Source: a virus
Strand: one strand, 5' to 3'
Length of the DNA: 64,000 nucleotides
IMG/VR virus record: IMGVR_UViG_3300035701_000001
In this document: piece after piece, positions 9,146-19,042 of the stretch
How the letters are laid out: each line of letters begins with the position of its first letter
Numbering within the stretch: the first letter of the stretch is position 1
Translations under genes and position numbers: made by a program
Notes under the pieces: generated by a model
The model's database searches: none
Told to the model about the DNA's origin: nothing
Seen by the model: only the letters and a program-made list of their open reading frames with translations

Positions 9146-9615
9146 TCGGAGAACTCGCGCTGGTTTCGCTCGCACTGGCTGCCTCCTCGGAGGAAGGTCC
9201 AGAGGAGTCCACATGGATTGGCCGGTTCGAAGAACTCGACGCACTGCGGGGGAAGTACGGGGTGCCTCCGCTCACTCCCCAGGAACGGATGGGGCTCTTG
9301 ATCGGGGGAACGATTCCGTTTGTCTACGCCATTACGGATGTCCTTTCCTCGAAGAACTGCCCGCCGGGTCCATTCACGATCCAGGTTCTCACCTACCAAC
9401 CGGTCTGGGAAGGAGGGGAGTGGGTCTGGGAACAGGTGGGGTCGTCCTCTCCCAGCAGGGAACTCCTGCAGACCCTTTCTCATGAGAAAGTGGATGTCGA
9501 TGAGATCATGGAGGAACTGGCTCGAACATTGCGCGTACAGTACTTCTACATGATTCATCTGGGGCAGGAGGTACGGGGCTGGGAACTCGAACGCATGAAG
9601 GCGGGTGTGGAGTGA
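9142..9615 (+). CDS. Family A paralog 8
   Basis: ATG 9142 MIGELALVSLALAASSEE; family core. Confidence 0.9.
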   Translation: MIGELALVSLALAASSEEGPEESTWIGRFEELDALRGKYGVPPLTPQERMGLLIGGTIPFVYAITDVLSSKNCPPGPFTIQVLTYQPVWEGGEWVWEQVGSSSPSRELLQTLSHEKVDVDEIMEELARTLRVQYFYMIHLGQEVRGWELERMKAGVE

Positions 9616-10142
9616 TTTCTGCTCTTTCGCTCCTCGGCCTGGCATTCGCCTCTGCCTCGGACGGGGAGTCGAGCGGGGAGATCTCCTCCGAACAGGAGTG
9701 GACTCGTCGGTTCGAAGAAGTCGATCAGCTTCGGAAGAAGTACCAGATCCCTGCTCTTTCTGCACAGGAACGCATGGCGTTGTTGCTCGGGCGTCCAAAC
9801 TATCCTGGCTATGCGATCAAGGGAACGGCATATCACCAGGACGATTACGGGAATTACGAAATCGAGATTCGTGTGTATCGACCCCGGTTTTTCCAATACA
9901 AAGATCTGGAGCCCCTGTGGGTTTGGAAGAAGTGCCATACGTCCGCCGGGGATGCGTCTTTGTGGAAGAGCACGGAATCCTACATGGCTGAATGGGTGAG
10001 CGAACGGATCGACCGGATTGTCCAAGAATTGGCAAAGAGGATGTACGTGTATTCGAGCACTCTTTCGATTACGGAGGAAGAATATCTATCTCATCGGGAG
10101 ATCGAAGCGGTCCTCGGTCCCCACCCGAAGGTTTTGCCATGA
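9612..10142 (+). CDS. Family A paralog 9
   Basis: GTGA overlap; family core. Confidence 0.9.
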   Translation: MISALSLLGLAFASASDGESSGEISSEQEWTRRFEEVDQLRKKYQIPALSAQERMALLLGRPNYPGYAIKGTAYHQDDYGNYEIEIRVYRPRFFQYKDLEPLWVWKKCHTSAGDASLWKSTESYMAEWVSERIDRIVQELAKRMYVYSSTLSITEEEYLSHREIEAVLGPHPKVLP

Positions 10143-10579
10143 CCCTCTCGCTGCTTTCCCTGGCCAGCTTGGCGTTTGCCTCTTCTTCGGACGAAGAGTT
10201 CAGCAGGGAGGTCTCCTCCGAGCAGGACTGGGCCCAGCGGTTTGCGGAAGCGGATCATCTCCGTGCCCTCTGCAAGATCCCCGCAATGACGCAGAAAGAG
10301 CGCATGGCGCGGATGCTCGGGCTTCCCTTTGTCTGTCCCTACACGTTCTCCTTGTCTCTAGGAGGACCGTGCACCCACGCGATCTGCCGTGCCTGGGAAT
10401 CGGAACAAACAGGAATTCGGTACTGGAGATGGCTGAGGTTTGTGGATCAGGAGTCCGAGTCCGAAGACCAGGCAGATCGAATGTTCGTTCACCGGTTTTC
10501 CGTTCCGTATTCAGGGAGAATCATGCAGAACTGGGAATGGCAGTTTGTGCAGTCGGGCCGTCTTTACCTGCCTGAATAG
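10139..10579 (+). CDS. Family A paralog 10
   Basis: ATG 10139 MTLSLLSLASLAFASSSDEE; family core. Confidence 0.9.
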   Translation: MTLSLLSLASLAFASSSDEEFSREVSSEQDWAQRFAEADHLRALCKIPAMTQKERMARMLGLPFVCPYTFSLSLGGPCTHAICRAWESEQTGIRYWRWLRFVDQESESEDQADRMFVHRFSVPYSGRIMQNWEWQFVQSGRLYLPE

Positions 10580-10590
10580 CGCGGAGCACA

Positions 10591-10874
10591 TCTACCGCAG
10601 AGGACGCGGAGATCGCGGAGTACGACCCGATCCTTCGTGTTCTTCGTGTTCTTCGTGGTGATCTTGTCGTTCTTTTCTGCTGCAGAGGACGCGGAGATCG
10701 CGGAGTCCAACCCGATCCTTCGTGTCCTTCGTGTTCTTCGTGGTAGTCCTGTCGTTCTTTTCTACCGCTGAGAGTACGGAGATCGCGGAGTCCAACCCGA
10801 TCCTTCGTGTCCTTCGTGTTCTTCGTGGTGATCTTGTCGTTCTTTTCCACCGCAGAGGACGCTGAGATCGCGGG
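10591..10874 (-). repeat. REP-like repeat family, locus 2 (3.3 tandem units, period 85 bp, reverse orientation)
   Basis: Unit starts at 10591, 10676, 10761, 10846. Confidence 0.95.
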
Positions 10875-10879
10875 GCAGA

Positions 10880-10894
10880 GCCCAACGGGATAAA
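10880..10894 (+). promoter_or_regulatory. motif class 2, weak copy
   Basis: GCCCAACGGGATAAA upstream of the peptidase ATG. Confidence 0.25.
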
Positions 10895-10923
10895 GCTTCT
10901 TCAGCCCTTTCCTGGAGAGTCCA

Positions 10924-11640
10924 ATGCCTGTTTTACGCGATGGTTCGATTGCCCTCGACCCCCGACTCACCTGGATTCCCTTCTTCGACCCGAAGTCCAT
11001 CCTGTACAAGATCTCGGATCTCTTCGAAAAGGACGCGGTCCTCAAGACCAAGACCTGGCGCTGCCTGCAGGTCCTGGACCAGGGCAACGAAGGGGCCTGC
11101 ACCGGATTTGCAGTCGCTCACGAACTCATCGCGGCTCCCGTCGAAGTCAAGGGAATCGACGCGAAGTTTGCCAAGGAGAAGATCTACTGGGAGGCCCAGA
11201 AGATCGATCAATGGCCGGGAGGGGCGTATCCCGGAGCCGATCCCTACAAGGAAGGTTCTTCGGTGATCGCGGCGATGAAGGTTGCGAAGAGCCTCGGGTA
11301 CATCCAGGAGTACCGCTGGGCGTTCGGAATCGAGGACATCAAGCGGGCACTCTCGGAAATCGGTCCCGTGGTCCTCGGCATCCCCTGGTACAAGGACATG
11401 TTCAATCCTTCCCCCTGCGGAGCCATCCATCCGACGGGGAAGAAGGTCGGAGGTCATGCCCTCCTTGCCCGTGGAATCAACGTGAAGGAGAAGAAGATCC
11501 TGTTGCATAACTCGTGGGGAGAGCACTGGGGAGACGACGGGTGTACCTGGATCTACTGGGACGATCTCGCCACGCTCGTCCATGGTATGCAGGCGGAGGC
11601 CTGCGTTCCGCTCGTCCGGTCGCTCACACCGCAGCCATAG
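10924..11640 (+). CDS. papain-like cysteine peptidase (family C1)
   Basis: DQGNEGACTGFA (oxyanion Q, catalytic C), GGHALL (H), HNSWGEHWGDDG (N). Confidence 0.9.
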   Translation: MPVLRDGSIALDPRLTWIPFFDPKSILYKISDLFEKDAVLKTKTWRCLQVLDQGNEGACTGFAVAHELIAAPVEVKGIDAKFAKEKIYWEAQKIDQWPGGAYPGADPYKEGSSVIAAMKVAKSLGYIQEYRWAFGIEDIKRALSEIGPVVLGIPWYKDMFNPSPCGAIHPTGKKVGGHALLARGINVKEKKILLHNSWGEHWGDDGCTWIYWDDLATLVHGMQAEACVPLVRSLTPQP

Positions 11641-11667
11641 GTGGGTGTGATTCATGAACCGGTTGTT

Positions 11668-11743
11668 CTCCGCGATCTCCGCGTCCTTTGCGGTAGAAGA
11701 TAAGGACAGGATCACCACGAAGAACACGAAGAACACGAAGGAT
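11668..11743 (+). repeat. REP-like repeat family, locus 3 (one B+A unit)
   Basis: CTCCGCGATCTCCGCGTCCTTTGCGGT-AGAAGATAAGGACAGGATC-ACCACGAAGAACACGAAGAACACGAAG. Confidence 0.9.
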
Positions 11744-11775
11744 CTCGTAAGATTACACCTCCATAGGGTGATATC

Positions 11776-12249
11776 GTGATTTCCACGCTGGCTCTGGCTT
11801 CCCTGATACTTGCTACTGCAACTGAGCCGGGGGATGAAGAAACCTGGGCCGAGCGGTTCGCAGGAATAGACCAGATGCGGGCCCAGTACAAGATTCCTCC
11901 GCTCACACCCGCTGAACGGATGGGATGGTTGTTCCAAAAGGCCCCTCCTTTCCCAAGGAAATACGCCGTCTCGTATGGAAAGGTCAAATCAAGGGAAGAG
12001 CCGGGGAAGATGTACGAGTCCGTCAAGATTTTCCGATGTTAGAAAGACAAGGAAGGAACCTGGAGATGGAAGCTCGTCCACCAGGACGACGCCCAGTTCG
12101 ATCCCTGGGGAACTGGGTTTCGGCAAGCACGAAAAAAGGCGGAACTGCTTTCTGAGCAACTTGGAATTGTCTTTCTACACTACTTGGTGGAGGGAAAACC
12201 CCTGGTCTCGTGGATGAACGAGGCCATGTTCGGGACGAAAATTCCATGA
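11776..12249 (+). pseudogene. Family A paralog 11 with in-frame TAG at 12040-12042
   Basis: Frame continues KDKEGTWRWKLV...ARKKAELLSEQLGIVF...KIP to a TGA overlapping the next ATG (12246). Confidence 0.8.
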
Positions 12250-12737
12250 GCCTTGCCCTGCCTCTTCTCGGTGTGGCCTTCGCGCTGGCATCGGATGCTG
12301 AGCCGGGAGAAGAGGAGGCATGGACTCTGCGATTCGAAGAGTGCGATCATCTGCGAGCCCGGTACAAGATTCCTCCACTCACGGCTGCCGAGAGAATGGC
12401 ATGGGTGTTCGGAGGATTCCCTCCCTTTCCGCGCAAGTACGTCGTCTCGTATGGCAGGGTCCGATCAAAACTCCATCCTGGAAGGATGACGAGAGTCCTG
12501 AAGATCTTCCAGGTTCCTTCTCTTTTGGAAGTACAGGAATGGGATAAAGGATTCAAGCTTCTCTTCAAGGACAACATCGAGTTCGAGCTTCACTCTCAAA
12601 AAGGTTCGATTCAAATTCAAGGAATGGCAAAAGAACTCTCGGATCGGTTCCGTGTTCTCTACTGGCTCTATCTCTCTGACAAGGAACCCCTGCGTCCCTG
12701 GATGCTGCCCCTCCTGTACGGGACCCACAATCCATGA
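12246..12737 (+). CDS. Family A paralog 12
   Basis: MSLALPLLGVAFALASD; shares FPRKYxVSYGxVxS with paralog 11. Confidence 0.9.
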   Translation: MSLALPLLGVAFALASDAEPGEEEAWTLRFEECDHLRARYKIPPLTAAERMAWVFGGFPPFPRKYVVSYGRVRSKLHPGRMTRVLKIFQVPSLLEVQEWDKGFKLLFKDNIEFELHSQKGSIQIQGMAKELSDRFRVLYWLYLSDKEPLRPWMLPLLYGTHNP

Positions 12738-13261
12738 GCCTGCCTCTCTTCCTCGCTTCCCTTGCATTGGCCTCTGCCTCGGAGGAAGAGTCCCCGGAAG
12801 AGATCTGGGAAAAGAAATTCGCGGTCATTGACGGGATGAGAGAACATCTCCGCATTCCTCTGCTCACCCCAAGGGAGCGCATGGCGGTGATGCTGGGGAT
12901 GCTTCCGCCCATTCCCCAGTTTTTTGTACTCTCGGCTGGGGAAATCCGGACTCCCTGTCCACGGAGGAATGAACGTCTTCTTCCTATGGAGGTGGGTTCC
13001 TACAAGACCCACAACTGTGTGAAGGTCTACCAGATCGTACAGCGAAAGAAAGACAAGGTCTGGATCTGGAGGTACCTCACACAGGTTCCCACGCTGTACC
13101 CCGGTGGGCACGGTGGGTACTCCATGGCTCTTTTCAAGGGTTACGAGCTTTCAGATCTTCTTCATGTCCCTTTCATTTCCGGTCACCCCATACAGGGACA
13201 TCCGGTTATGCCGGTGGGTCTCAAGAGTTTGACGGGAATCGACCTGGAGAAAAACCCATGA
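12734..13261 (+). CDS. Family A paralog 13
   Basis: ATGA overlap; family core. Confidence 0.9.
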   Translation: MSLPLFLASLALASASEEESPEEIWEKKFAVIDGMREHLRIPLLTPRERMAVMLGMLPPIPQFFVLSAGEIRTPCPRRNERLLPMEVGSYKTHNCVKVYQIVQRKKDKVWIWRYLTQVPTLYPGGHGGYSMALFKGYELSDLLHVPFISGHPIQGHPVMPVGLKSLTGIDLEKNP

Positions 13262-13779
13262 TTTCCATGGCTGTTTCCCTTGCGTTGGCCTCGCTTGGCT
13301 TTGCCTCGGTCTCGGATGAAGAACCCATCTTGGAAGAAGCTTGGTTCCAGAAGTTTGAAGAAGCCAATCGGCTGCGGGCAGAACTCAATATCCGACCGTT
13401 GACTCCCAAGGAACGGATGAACATTCTCCTCGGGCAGTTTTTTCCTCCCTGGTGTGGGGTTTCTCTACGAGAATCTGTCCCTACCCTCATCGCCGCATTC
13501 GTCCCGGAATACAAAGGAAAAGGGCGTTTGAAGACGTGGTTCTGGAAAGAGATTGGACGCCAGGAGATCCCCGAGTCGACCTGGAAGAACTTCGAAGGGT
13601 TGAAGGGGCTTCCATCCTGGATGTCCTCCACTGATCTTCACAAGATGAACGGTGTGATAGGGGAGAGAGCCAAGAAGATGTACGTGTCCTGGCTCGGCAT
13701 CCACGTACGGAACGGAGATCCGATGGACACGGAGATCGAGCTTCCGTTGATCATTGGAGAGGGAAAGGCCTCGCGATGA
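13258..13779 (+). CDS. Family A paralog 14
   Basis: ATGA overlap; family core. Confidence 0.9.
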   Translation: MISMAVSLALASLGFASVSDEEPILEEAWFQKFEEANRLRAELNIRPLTPKERMNILLGQFFPPWCGVSLRESVPTLIAAFVPEYKGKGRLKTWFWKEIGRQEIPESTWKNFEGLKGLPSWMSSTDLHKMNGVIGERAKKMYVSWLGIHVRNGDPMDTEIELPLIIGEGKASR

Positions 13780-13847
13780 TCCTCTCAGGGAAAGACATCG
13801 GGTTAGAACCCTTGTAGGGGCCTGCAGGAGCCCCGAGGACACGTTCG

Positions 13848-14318
13848 ATGCTCATACCCCTGGCTCTTCTAACCCTCGCATTCTCCGTGGCCTCCCAGGG
13901 GCCGGAAACGGAGTCTACCGAGGAGTGGGCCTGGCAGTTCGAGGAGGCAGATCGGATCCGGGCAAGCCTGGGGATTCCTCCCTTGATCCCCAAGGAGCGC
14001 ATGGAGATTTTGCTTGGAAACCGCCTCCTGCTCTGCCCCTTCGTTGTCTCGGTCGGTCGCTACGGTTCGATGACGGCGAGCATACGATGGGGAAGCATCT
14101 CCCTGAGGTTCCCGATCTACAGCGTGAAGATCTACCGGGCCGTGCCGAGGCAATCCGATGGGGTCACCACCCGGAGGCTCTTCCGGACCGTGGGAACTCC
14201 GAGGGCTTGTCAGCATGAACCGAGTCAGAAGCTGATTGACGAAGGAGAGGCAATCGCCGAACAGATGGGGTTGCCGTTCGATCTCGACATCCGGCACGGG
14301 CAGGAGGCCTTCGCATGA
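13848..14318 (+). CDS. Family A paralog 15
   Basis: family core; preceded by a 68-bp gap. Confidence 0.9.
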   Translation: MLIPLALLTLAFSVASQGPETESTEEWAWQFEEADRIRASLGIPPLIPKERMEILLGNRLLLCPFVVSVGRYGSMTASIRWGSISLRFPIYSVKIYRAVPRQSDGVTTRRLFRTVGTPRACQHEPSQKLIDEGEAIAEQMGLPFDLDIRHGQEAFA

Positions 14319-14779
14319 TCGGCCTTCTCGCCCCGGTGTTTGCCTTGGCCGTCGCCTCGGATGCCGAGACGTCCTCGGATGCGAACGAAAAGGTCTGGGC
14401 CGAGCGGTTCCGTCAGGCAGATGTACTGCGGAAACTCTATGGAGTCCCCATGCTGACCCCCAGGGAGAGGATGACCATCCTCCTCCGGGGAGATCCAACA
14501 GGATTTCACCATCTCGTAGGGTCCGAGACAGAAAAGGACGAATGGATCGCAGAGGATAAAAAGTTCTGTGTATGCCTGTACACCCAGGTGAAATCCATCT
14601 CGGACGATACATGGGTATGGGAGAGCCAACGGTTTCTCTTGGAGTCTTTCCCCACGTATCGCCAGGTCAACGAGGCCATCGAAGACTGGGCCAGGCTCCT
14701 GCTTCTTCCGATGAATACATTGATTGAATCCTATGACGAGGTGGGTAACCACAGCCGACATACCCGGTGGCCATCTTGA
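14315..14779 (+). CDS. Family A paralog 16
   Basis: ATGA overlap; family core. Confidence 0.9.
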   Translation: MIGLLAPVFALAVASDAETSSDANEKVWAERFRQADVLRKLYGVPMLTPRERMTILLRGDPTGFHHLVGSETEKDEWIAEDKKFCVCLYTQVKSISDDTWVWESQRFLLESFPTYRQVNEAIEDWARLLLLPMNTLIESYDEVGNHSRHTRWPS

Positions 14780-15240
14780 TGGAAATACTGCTTCCCATCC
14801 TGCTTCTGGCCGTCGCCTCCGACTCTGAAGACGGCAATGAAGAGACCTGGGTCGAGCGGTTTGACCAGATCGATGCAGACCGGAATCATTACGGAGTTCC
14901 TCTGCTTTCGGCACGGGAACGGATGTCCATGATCCTGGGGAAACCAGATCCGAACCCGGATTGGATTGTGGGGGTCGTGTGGGACTACGGGATCCACGCC
15001 ATGGCTCTCTGTCTATACCGACTTGTCAACGAGGAGTTCCCTACTGCAGTCCGTTGGAAACTCGCCTGCGTTCTCGGAAAGTATGTCCACAATAACTACG
15101 GAGAAGAAGACAGGGCTTTGTTGGATCGAGACGCCGGGCAATGGGGGAGAAAACTGCACCTGGGAATTAACCTGCAAGCCCGTGACAGTTCGGAATGGTT
15201 CCTGTCTTTCTGGGCTTTCAAGACGGATCACCTGAAATGA
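14779..15240 (+). CDS. Family A paralog 17
   Basis: TGATG overlap; MEILLPILLLAVASDSED. Confidence 0.9.
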   Translation: MEILLPILLLAVASDSEDGNEETWVERFDQIDADRNHYGVPLLSARERMSMILGKPDPNPDWIVGVVWDYGIHAMALCLYRLVNEEFPTAVRWKLACVLGKYVHNNYGEEDRALLDRDAGQWGRKLHLGINLQARDSSEWFLSFWAFKTDHLK

Positions 15241-15734
15241 TCGGAATCCTGCTCCCTACGCTGTTCCTGGCCGCTGTCTCTGATTCCGAAGGCAGCAACG
15301 AGGAGGTTTGGACTGAACGGTTCCGCAAGGCAGACAAGGAACGAAAACGGGTGGAGGTTCCCCTGCTCACTCCCAAGGAGAAGATGCAGATTCTACTCGG
15401 GGCGCATCCTACTCTCGATGAGACCACGTTCCTCGTAGGGTTTGTCTGGAAGACCCCGGCGAGCATCACAGGGGAGGAACCCAGACGGTTCCAGTTCCGA
15501 TGGCAGGCTTGTGTCTATGAGACGGAATGGGACATTCTGGCCGCTCGACCCATCGTATACCGGACTCCTTATGCAGAGCCCTCTCGTTTTCTCGTCTCCG
15601 GAGACTCTACGGATGGATGGGAAGAAGCGTGTCTCGATGCCAAGGAACTGGCAACTCGACTTCTTTTGCCGTTTAGTATCGGAATTGCAGATGGATACTA
15701 TGTGGTTCAAGAGGGGCTGGAGGTTCCATGGTAG
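15237..15734 (+). CDS. Family A paralog 18
   Basis: ATG 15237 MIGILLPTLFLAAVSDSEGSNEE. Confidence 0.9.
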   Translation: MIGILLPTLFLAAVSDSEGSNEEVWTERFRKADKERKRVEVPLLTPKEKMQILLGAHPTLDETTFLVGFVWKTPASITGEEPRRFQFRWQACVYETEWDILAARPIVYRTPYAEPSRFLVSGDSTDGWEEACLDAKELATRLLLPFSIGIADGYYVVQEGLEVPW

Positions 15735-16210
15735 GCCTGGTTCTCCCCGTGCTGCTCCTGTCCGTTGCCTCCGATTCCGAAGGCAGCAACGAAGAGGCCT
15801 GGACCGAGCGGTTCCGGAAAGCGGACGAAGCGAGAAAAAGCCTCGACATTCCCCCTCTCACCGCACGGGAACGGATGGCCATTTTACTGGGACAACCCCT
15901 TTCTCTCCAGGAAGGATCGTTGATCCTCGGGTACGAGGAAGACGAGATTGTCTTGGAAGGAAAAAGATATTCCGTGATGTATGTGCGGGCATTTCGCTGC
16001 AGCAAACCCGTTCGTGGTTTTTTTGACACTCTGGAATCCATCGGGAAAGCGAAGATCTGGAAGTTTTCCGGAGGGTGGGCACGCCGCAATCGGCTCGCTG
16101 CGGTGGACGAGGTCTTGAGTCTCGCGATAGTTCTCCTTCTTCCTTATGATGTTTCAATCAATACACCCGGATTCAAAGGGGACGTTCAGGATGTGGAGTA
16201 CCCATGGTAG
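15728..16210 (+). CDS. Family A paralog 19
   Basis: CCATGGTAG junction; MVGLVLPVLLL subfamily. Confidence 0.9.
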   Translation: MVGLVLPVLLLSVASDSEGSNEEAWTERFRKADEARKSLDIPPLTARERMAILLGQPLSLQEGSLILGYEEDEIVLEGKRYSVMYVRAFRCSKPVRGFFDTLESIGKAKIWKFSGGWARRNRLAAVDEVLSLAIVLLLPYDVSINTPGFKGDVQDVEYPW

Positions 16211-16686
16211 GCCTGGTCCTTCCCGTATTGCTCCTGGCCGCTGCCTCCGACTTCGAAGGCAGCAGCGAAGAGGACTGGACCGAGCGGTTCGCATGGGTGA
16301 ATGAAGAACGAAAGAAAATCGGAATTCCACTGCTCACGGCCAAGGAACGGATGTTGATCCTGATTGGTCAACACGAGATGAAACCAGGATTTTACGTGGT
16401 TGGATACCAGTTGATTGATGTTTCTGGAGTCCAGAATTACCTGGGATGGAGAACGTGTGTTTTCAAGACGGATAAGGATGGATATGCAAGAACATCAGTC
16501 TTAGAGTGTCCTTTGCACAAGTTCGAGGATTCATCGCATCCATGGAGTCAAAGAGAAACCATCGAAAGTGATCGTGAGATCGAGAAACTGGCATATCAGT
16601 TGATGATTCCTTATTCCGTTTCCCTACATCGAGGTGGCAACGTCATTGATCTCATCGAGATAGGCTCGATAACATACCCATGGTAG
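16204..16686 (+). CDS. Family A paralog 20
   Basis: CCATGGTAG junction; MVGLVLPVLLL subfamily. Confidence 0.9.
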   Translation: MVGLVLPVLLLAAASDFEGSSEEDWTERFAWVNEERKKIGIPLLTAKERMLILIGQHEMKPGFYVVGYQLIDVSGVQNYLGWRTCVFKTDKDGYARTSVLECPLHKFEDSSHPWSQRETIESDREIEKLAYQLMIPYSVSLHRGGNVIDLIEIGSITYPW

Positions 16687-17117
16687 GCCTGGTTCTCCCC
16701 GTGCTGCTCCTGGCAGTTGCCTCCGATTCCGAAGGCAGCAACGAAGAGGACTGGGCCGAACGGTTTCGGAAAGCGGATGAAGCACGCAGAAAAGTAGGGA
16801 TTCCGCTACTCACTCCTCGGGAGAAGATGAGGGCGATCCTCGGAGAGGTCGTGAGGGGTAACTACGTCATTGGAGTTGTCTCTGCCAGGAAATTCGCCCC
16901 TGTTGGAGTCTATGTACAAGCTGGATTGTTCAAGAGGAATCTCGAACTATCGTATTTTCCCTTTCAATACACGGGTCATTTCCGTGGAGGCGGGAGGTAT
17001 TTTGAAATTCTTCGGGACATGAAGCTATGGGCAAAGGAACTCCTAATCCCATGGAGTACCGAAGTCGATAGCGGGTTACCACTATCCGAGAATGGCTACG
17101 AGAATCCACTTCAATGA
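16680..17117 (+). CDS. Family A paralog 21
   Basis: CCATGGTAG junction; MVGLVLPVLLL subfamily. Confidence 0.9.
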   Translation: MVGLVLPVLLLAVASDSEGSNEEDWAERFRKADEARRKVGIPLLTPREKMRAILGEVVRGNYVIGVVSARKFAPVGVYVQAGLFKRNLELSYFPFQYTGHFRGGGRYFEILRDMKLWAKELLIPWSTEVDSGLPLSENGYENPLQ

Positions 17118-17554
17118 TGATTTTCTCCCTGATTTCGCTTGCACTGGCCGCCGCCTCTGACTCCGAAGGCGAAAACGAGGAGGCTTGGGCCGAACGGTTT
17201 GCACAAGCGGACAAAGAACGCGTGAAGAAGAAGGTTCCTCTGCTGACACCGATGGAAAAATTCCAGATTCTGGTTCGGAAAATTCCTGCTCTACCCATCT
17301 ATCTCGTTGGAATCCTGGAAATAGATGATGAAAAGGGTTGGCCTCTCTGCTATTCCGTCCTGTACCAGTTTGGAAGCCAAGGGGCCAAAGAATGGGAAAG
17401 GGAGGAGTACTTGACGGGTCCCTACTCGGATTTTCGAAGGGCCGAGGAAGATGCGAAAGAATGGGCATCTCGTCTGCTTCTTCCCTTGAACTTGTCCATT
17501 TTGCCTGGCCACCCCCATGAGTGGTGTGCCCATGAAACCCGGTGGTCCCTATGA
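17114..17554 (+). CDS. Family A paralog 22
   Basis: ATGA overlap; family core. Confidence 0.9.
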   Translation: MMIFSLISLALAAASDSEGENEEAWAERFAQADKERVKKKVPLLTPMEKFQILVRKIPALPIYLVGILEIDDEKGWPLCYSVLYQFGSQGAKEWEREEYLTGPYSDFRRAEEDAKEWASRLLLPLNLSILPGHPHEWCAHETRWSL

Positions 17555-18009
17555 TGGAACTGATTTTTCCCGCGCTGCTGTTGGCCGCTGCCTCCGACTC
17601 CGAAGGCGGCAACGAAGAGGCATGGACAGAGCAGTTCCGAGTAGCGGATGAAAAACGGAAGAAGATTGGAATTCCTCTTCTCACTTCCAAGGAGAAGATG
17701 CGGATCTTGCTCGGTGTTCGAGAGATGTTCGACGGGATGTACATCGTTGGGTTCCAGTTGGGAGGATCGGGGAAAATACACCTATGGAATCCCGTTATCT
17801 TCCGGTGCCAGAAGTTGAAGACCTCGTTCGTCACCCAAGAAGTCCTGTATCGAGGTCCACAAACCCCCCATGACATCGAAGACGACTGCTTCACGGCCAA
17901 CGAGGCAGTCCTTGTTCTCGCGAAAGAACTGCTCATCGCCTCCAGCGGCCAGGTATCCTACCAAGGACAACGGATTCACGACGACGAGACATTGAGGTTT
18001 CCATGGTAG
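17551..18009 (+). CDS. Family A paralog 23
   Basis: ATG 17551 MMELIFPALLLAAASDSEGGNEE. Confidence 0.9.
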   Translation: MMELIFPALLLAAASDSEGGNEEAWTEQFRVADEKRKKIGIPLLTSKEKMRILLGVREMFDGMYIVGFQLGGSGKIHLWNPVIFRCQKLKTSFVTQEVLYRGPQTPHDIEDDCFTANEAVLVLAKELLIASSGQVSYQGQRIHDDETLRFPW

Positions 18010-18551
18010 GCCTGGTTCTCCCCGCACTGTTCCTGGCCGTCGCCTCGGATTCCGAAGACAGCAACGAAGAGGTCTGGGCCGAGCGGTTCCGGGTGGCCGA
18101 TGAAGAGCGGAAGACCTGGAACGTCCCCCCGCTTACCCTGAAAGAACGCATGGCCGCATTGCTCGGGGCTTCCCTCGGAACTGGTTCTCACGTGGTCGGG
18201 CTCCAGGTCGAGTCCTTCTTTTCCAAACCTCAGATTCCCACTACGGGAGACCCCTCGGATCCGGGGGATCCCTTTCGGCAGAAGTGGTTCTTGTGCATCT
18301 ACCGCGTCGAAAGAATTTGCAAGGCCATCCCCGGAGATTTTCCGCGTTCGGGACAAACGGTTCGGTTCATCGACCGCTGGACGGTGGACCGCAAGGTTCC
18401 CCTTCCGGGTCCCTTCCAGTCGACTCAGACAGCCTACTCAGCCTGCCGGGTGCTCGCATACCAGGTGATTCTTCCTTTCGACCCGATGTTGCGGGAGGAG
18501 AACCCGGTCCGGAGACGGCATTTCCAGAACTTCGCGAAGGCACCCTCATGA
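18003..18551 (+). CDS. Family A paralog 24
   Basis: CCATGGTAG junction; family core. Confidence 0.9.
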   Translation: MVGLVLPALFLAVASDSEDSNEEVWAERFRVADEERKTWNVPPLTLKERMAALLGASLGTGSHVVGLQVESFFSKPQIPTTGDPSDPGDPFRQKWFLCIYRVERICKAIPGDFPRSGQTVRFIDRWTVDRKVPLPGPFQSTQTAYSACRVLAYQVILPFDPMLREENPVRRRHFQNFAKAPS

Positions 18552-19042
18552 CGGAACTCGCGATCCTGTCGCTTGTACTGGCCGTTGCTTCGGATTCCGA
18601 AGGCAGCAACGAGGAGGCTTGGGCTGAGCGGTTCAAACGGGTGGATGAGGAAAGGAAGACCTGGGGTGTTCCTCCGATGACCGCGAAGGAACGCATGGCG
18701 GCGATGCTCGGGACTCCCCTTGGGACCGGTCTGCACGTGGTGGGGCTAGAAGTAAGAATGAAACGAGAGATCCCCGGACACTTTGTCTACCGATGGATTC
18801 TCTGTGTCTACCAGGTTCAAAAAGCGACAGGAAGTACCCAGTTCCCTCGCTGGACCGATCGATGGGAATTGGGGAGGGATGAAGTCCTTCCTGAACCTCT
18901 TGCACTCAAGGAACTCCGAGATGTAGAACCGAGTTGCCGTGACCTGGCGTTTCGACTGATGCTTCCCTACGATGTCCGCATCCGGAAAGGCAACAAGATC
19001 AAGAAACAGCACTTCCAGCGTTTTGCCGAGACCTCCCCATGA
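18548..19042 (+). CDS. Family A paralog 25
   Basis: ATG 18548 MTELAILSLVLAVASD; body similar to paralog 24 (GTGxHVVGLxV...HFQxFA). Confidence 0.9.
   Translation: MTELAILSLVLAVASDSEGSNEEAWAERFKRVDEERKTWGVPPMTAKERMAAMLGTPLGTGLHVVGLEVRMKREIPGHFVYRWILCVYQVQKATGSTQFPRWTDRWELGRDEVLPEPLALKELRDVEPSCRDLAFRLMLPYDVRIRKGNKIKKQHFQRFAETSP

Noticed and set aside
10591-10874. CRISPR array (also 53441-53688, 57579-57838)
   Set aside because: Units are near-identical along their whole length with no unique spacers, are built from 9-mer sub-repeats, and there are no cas genes in the window.
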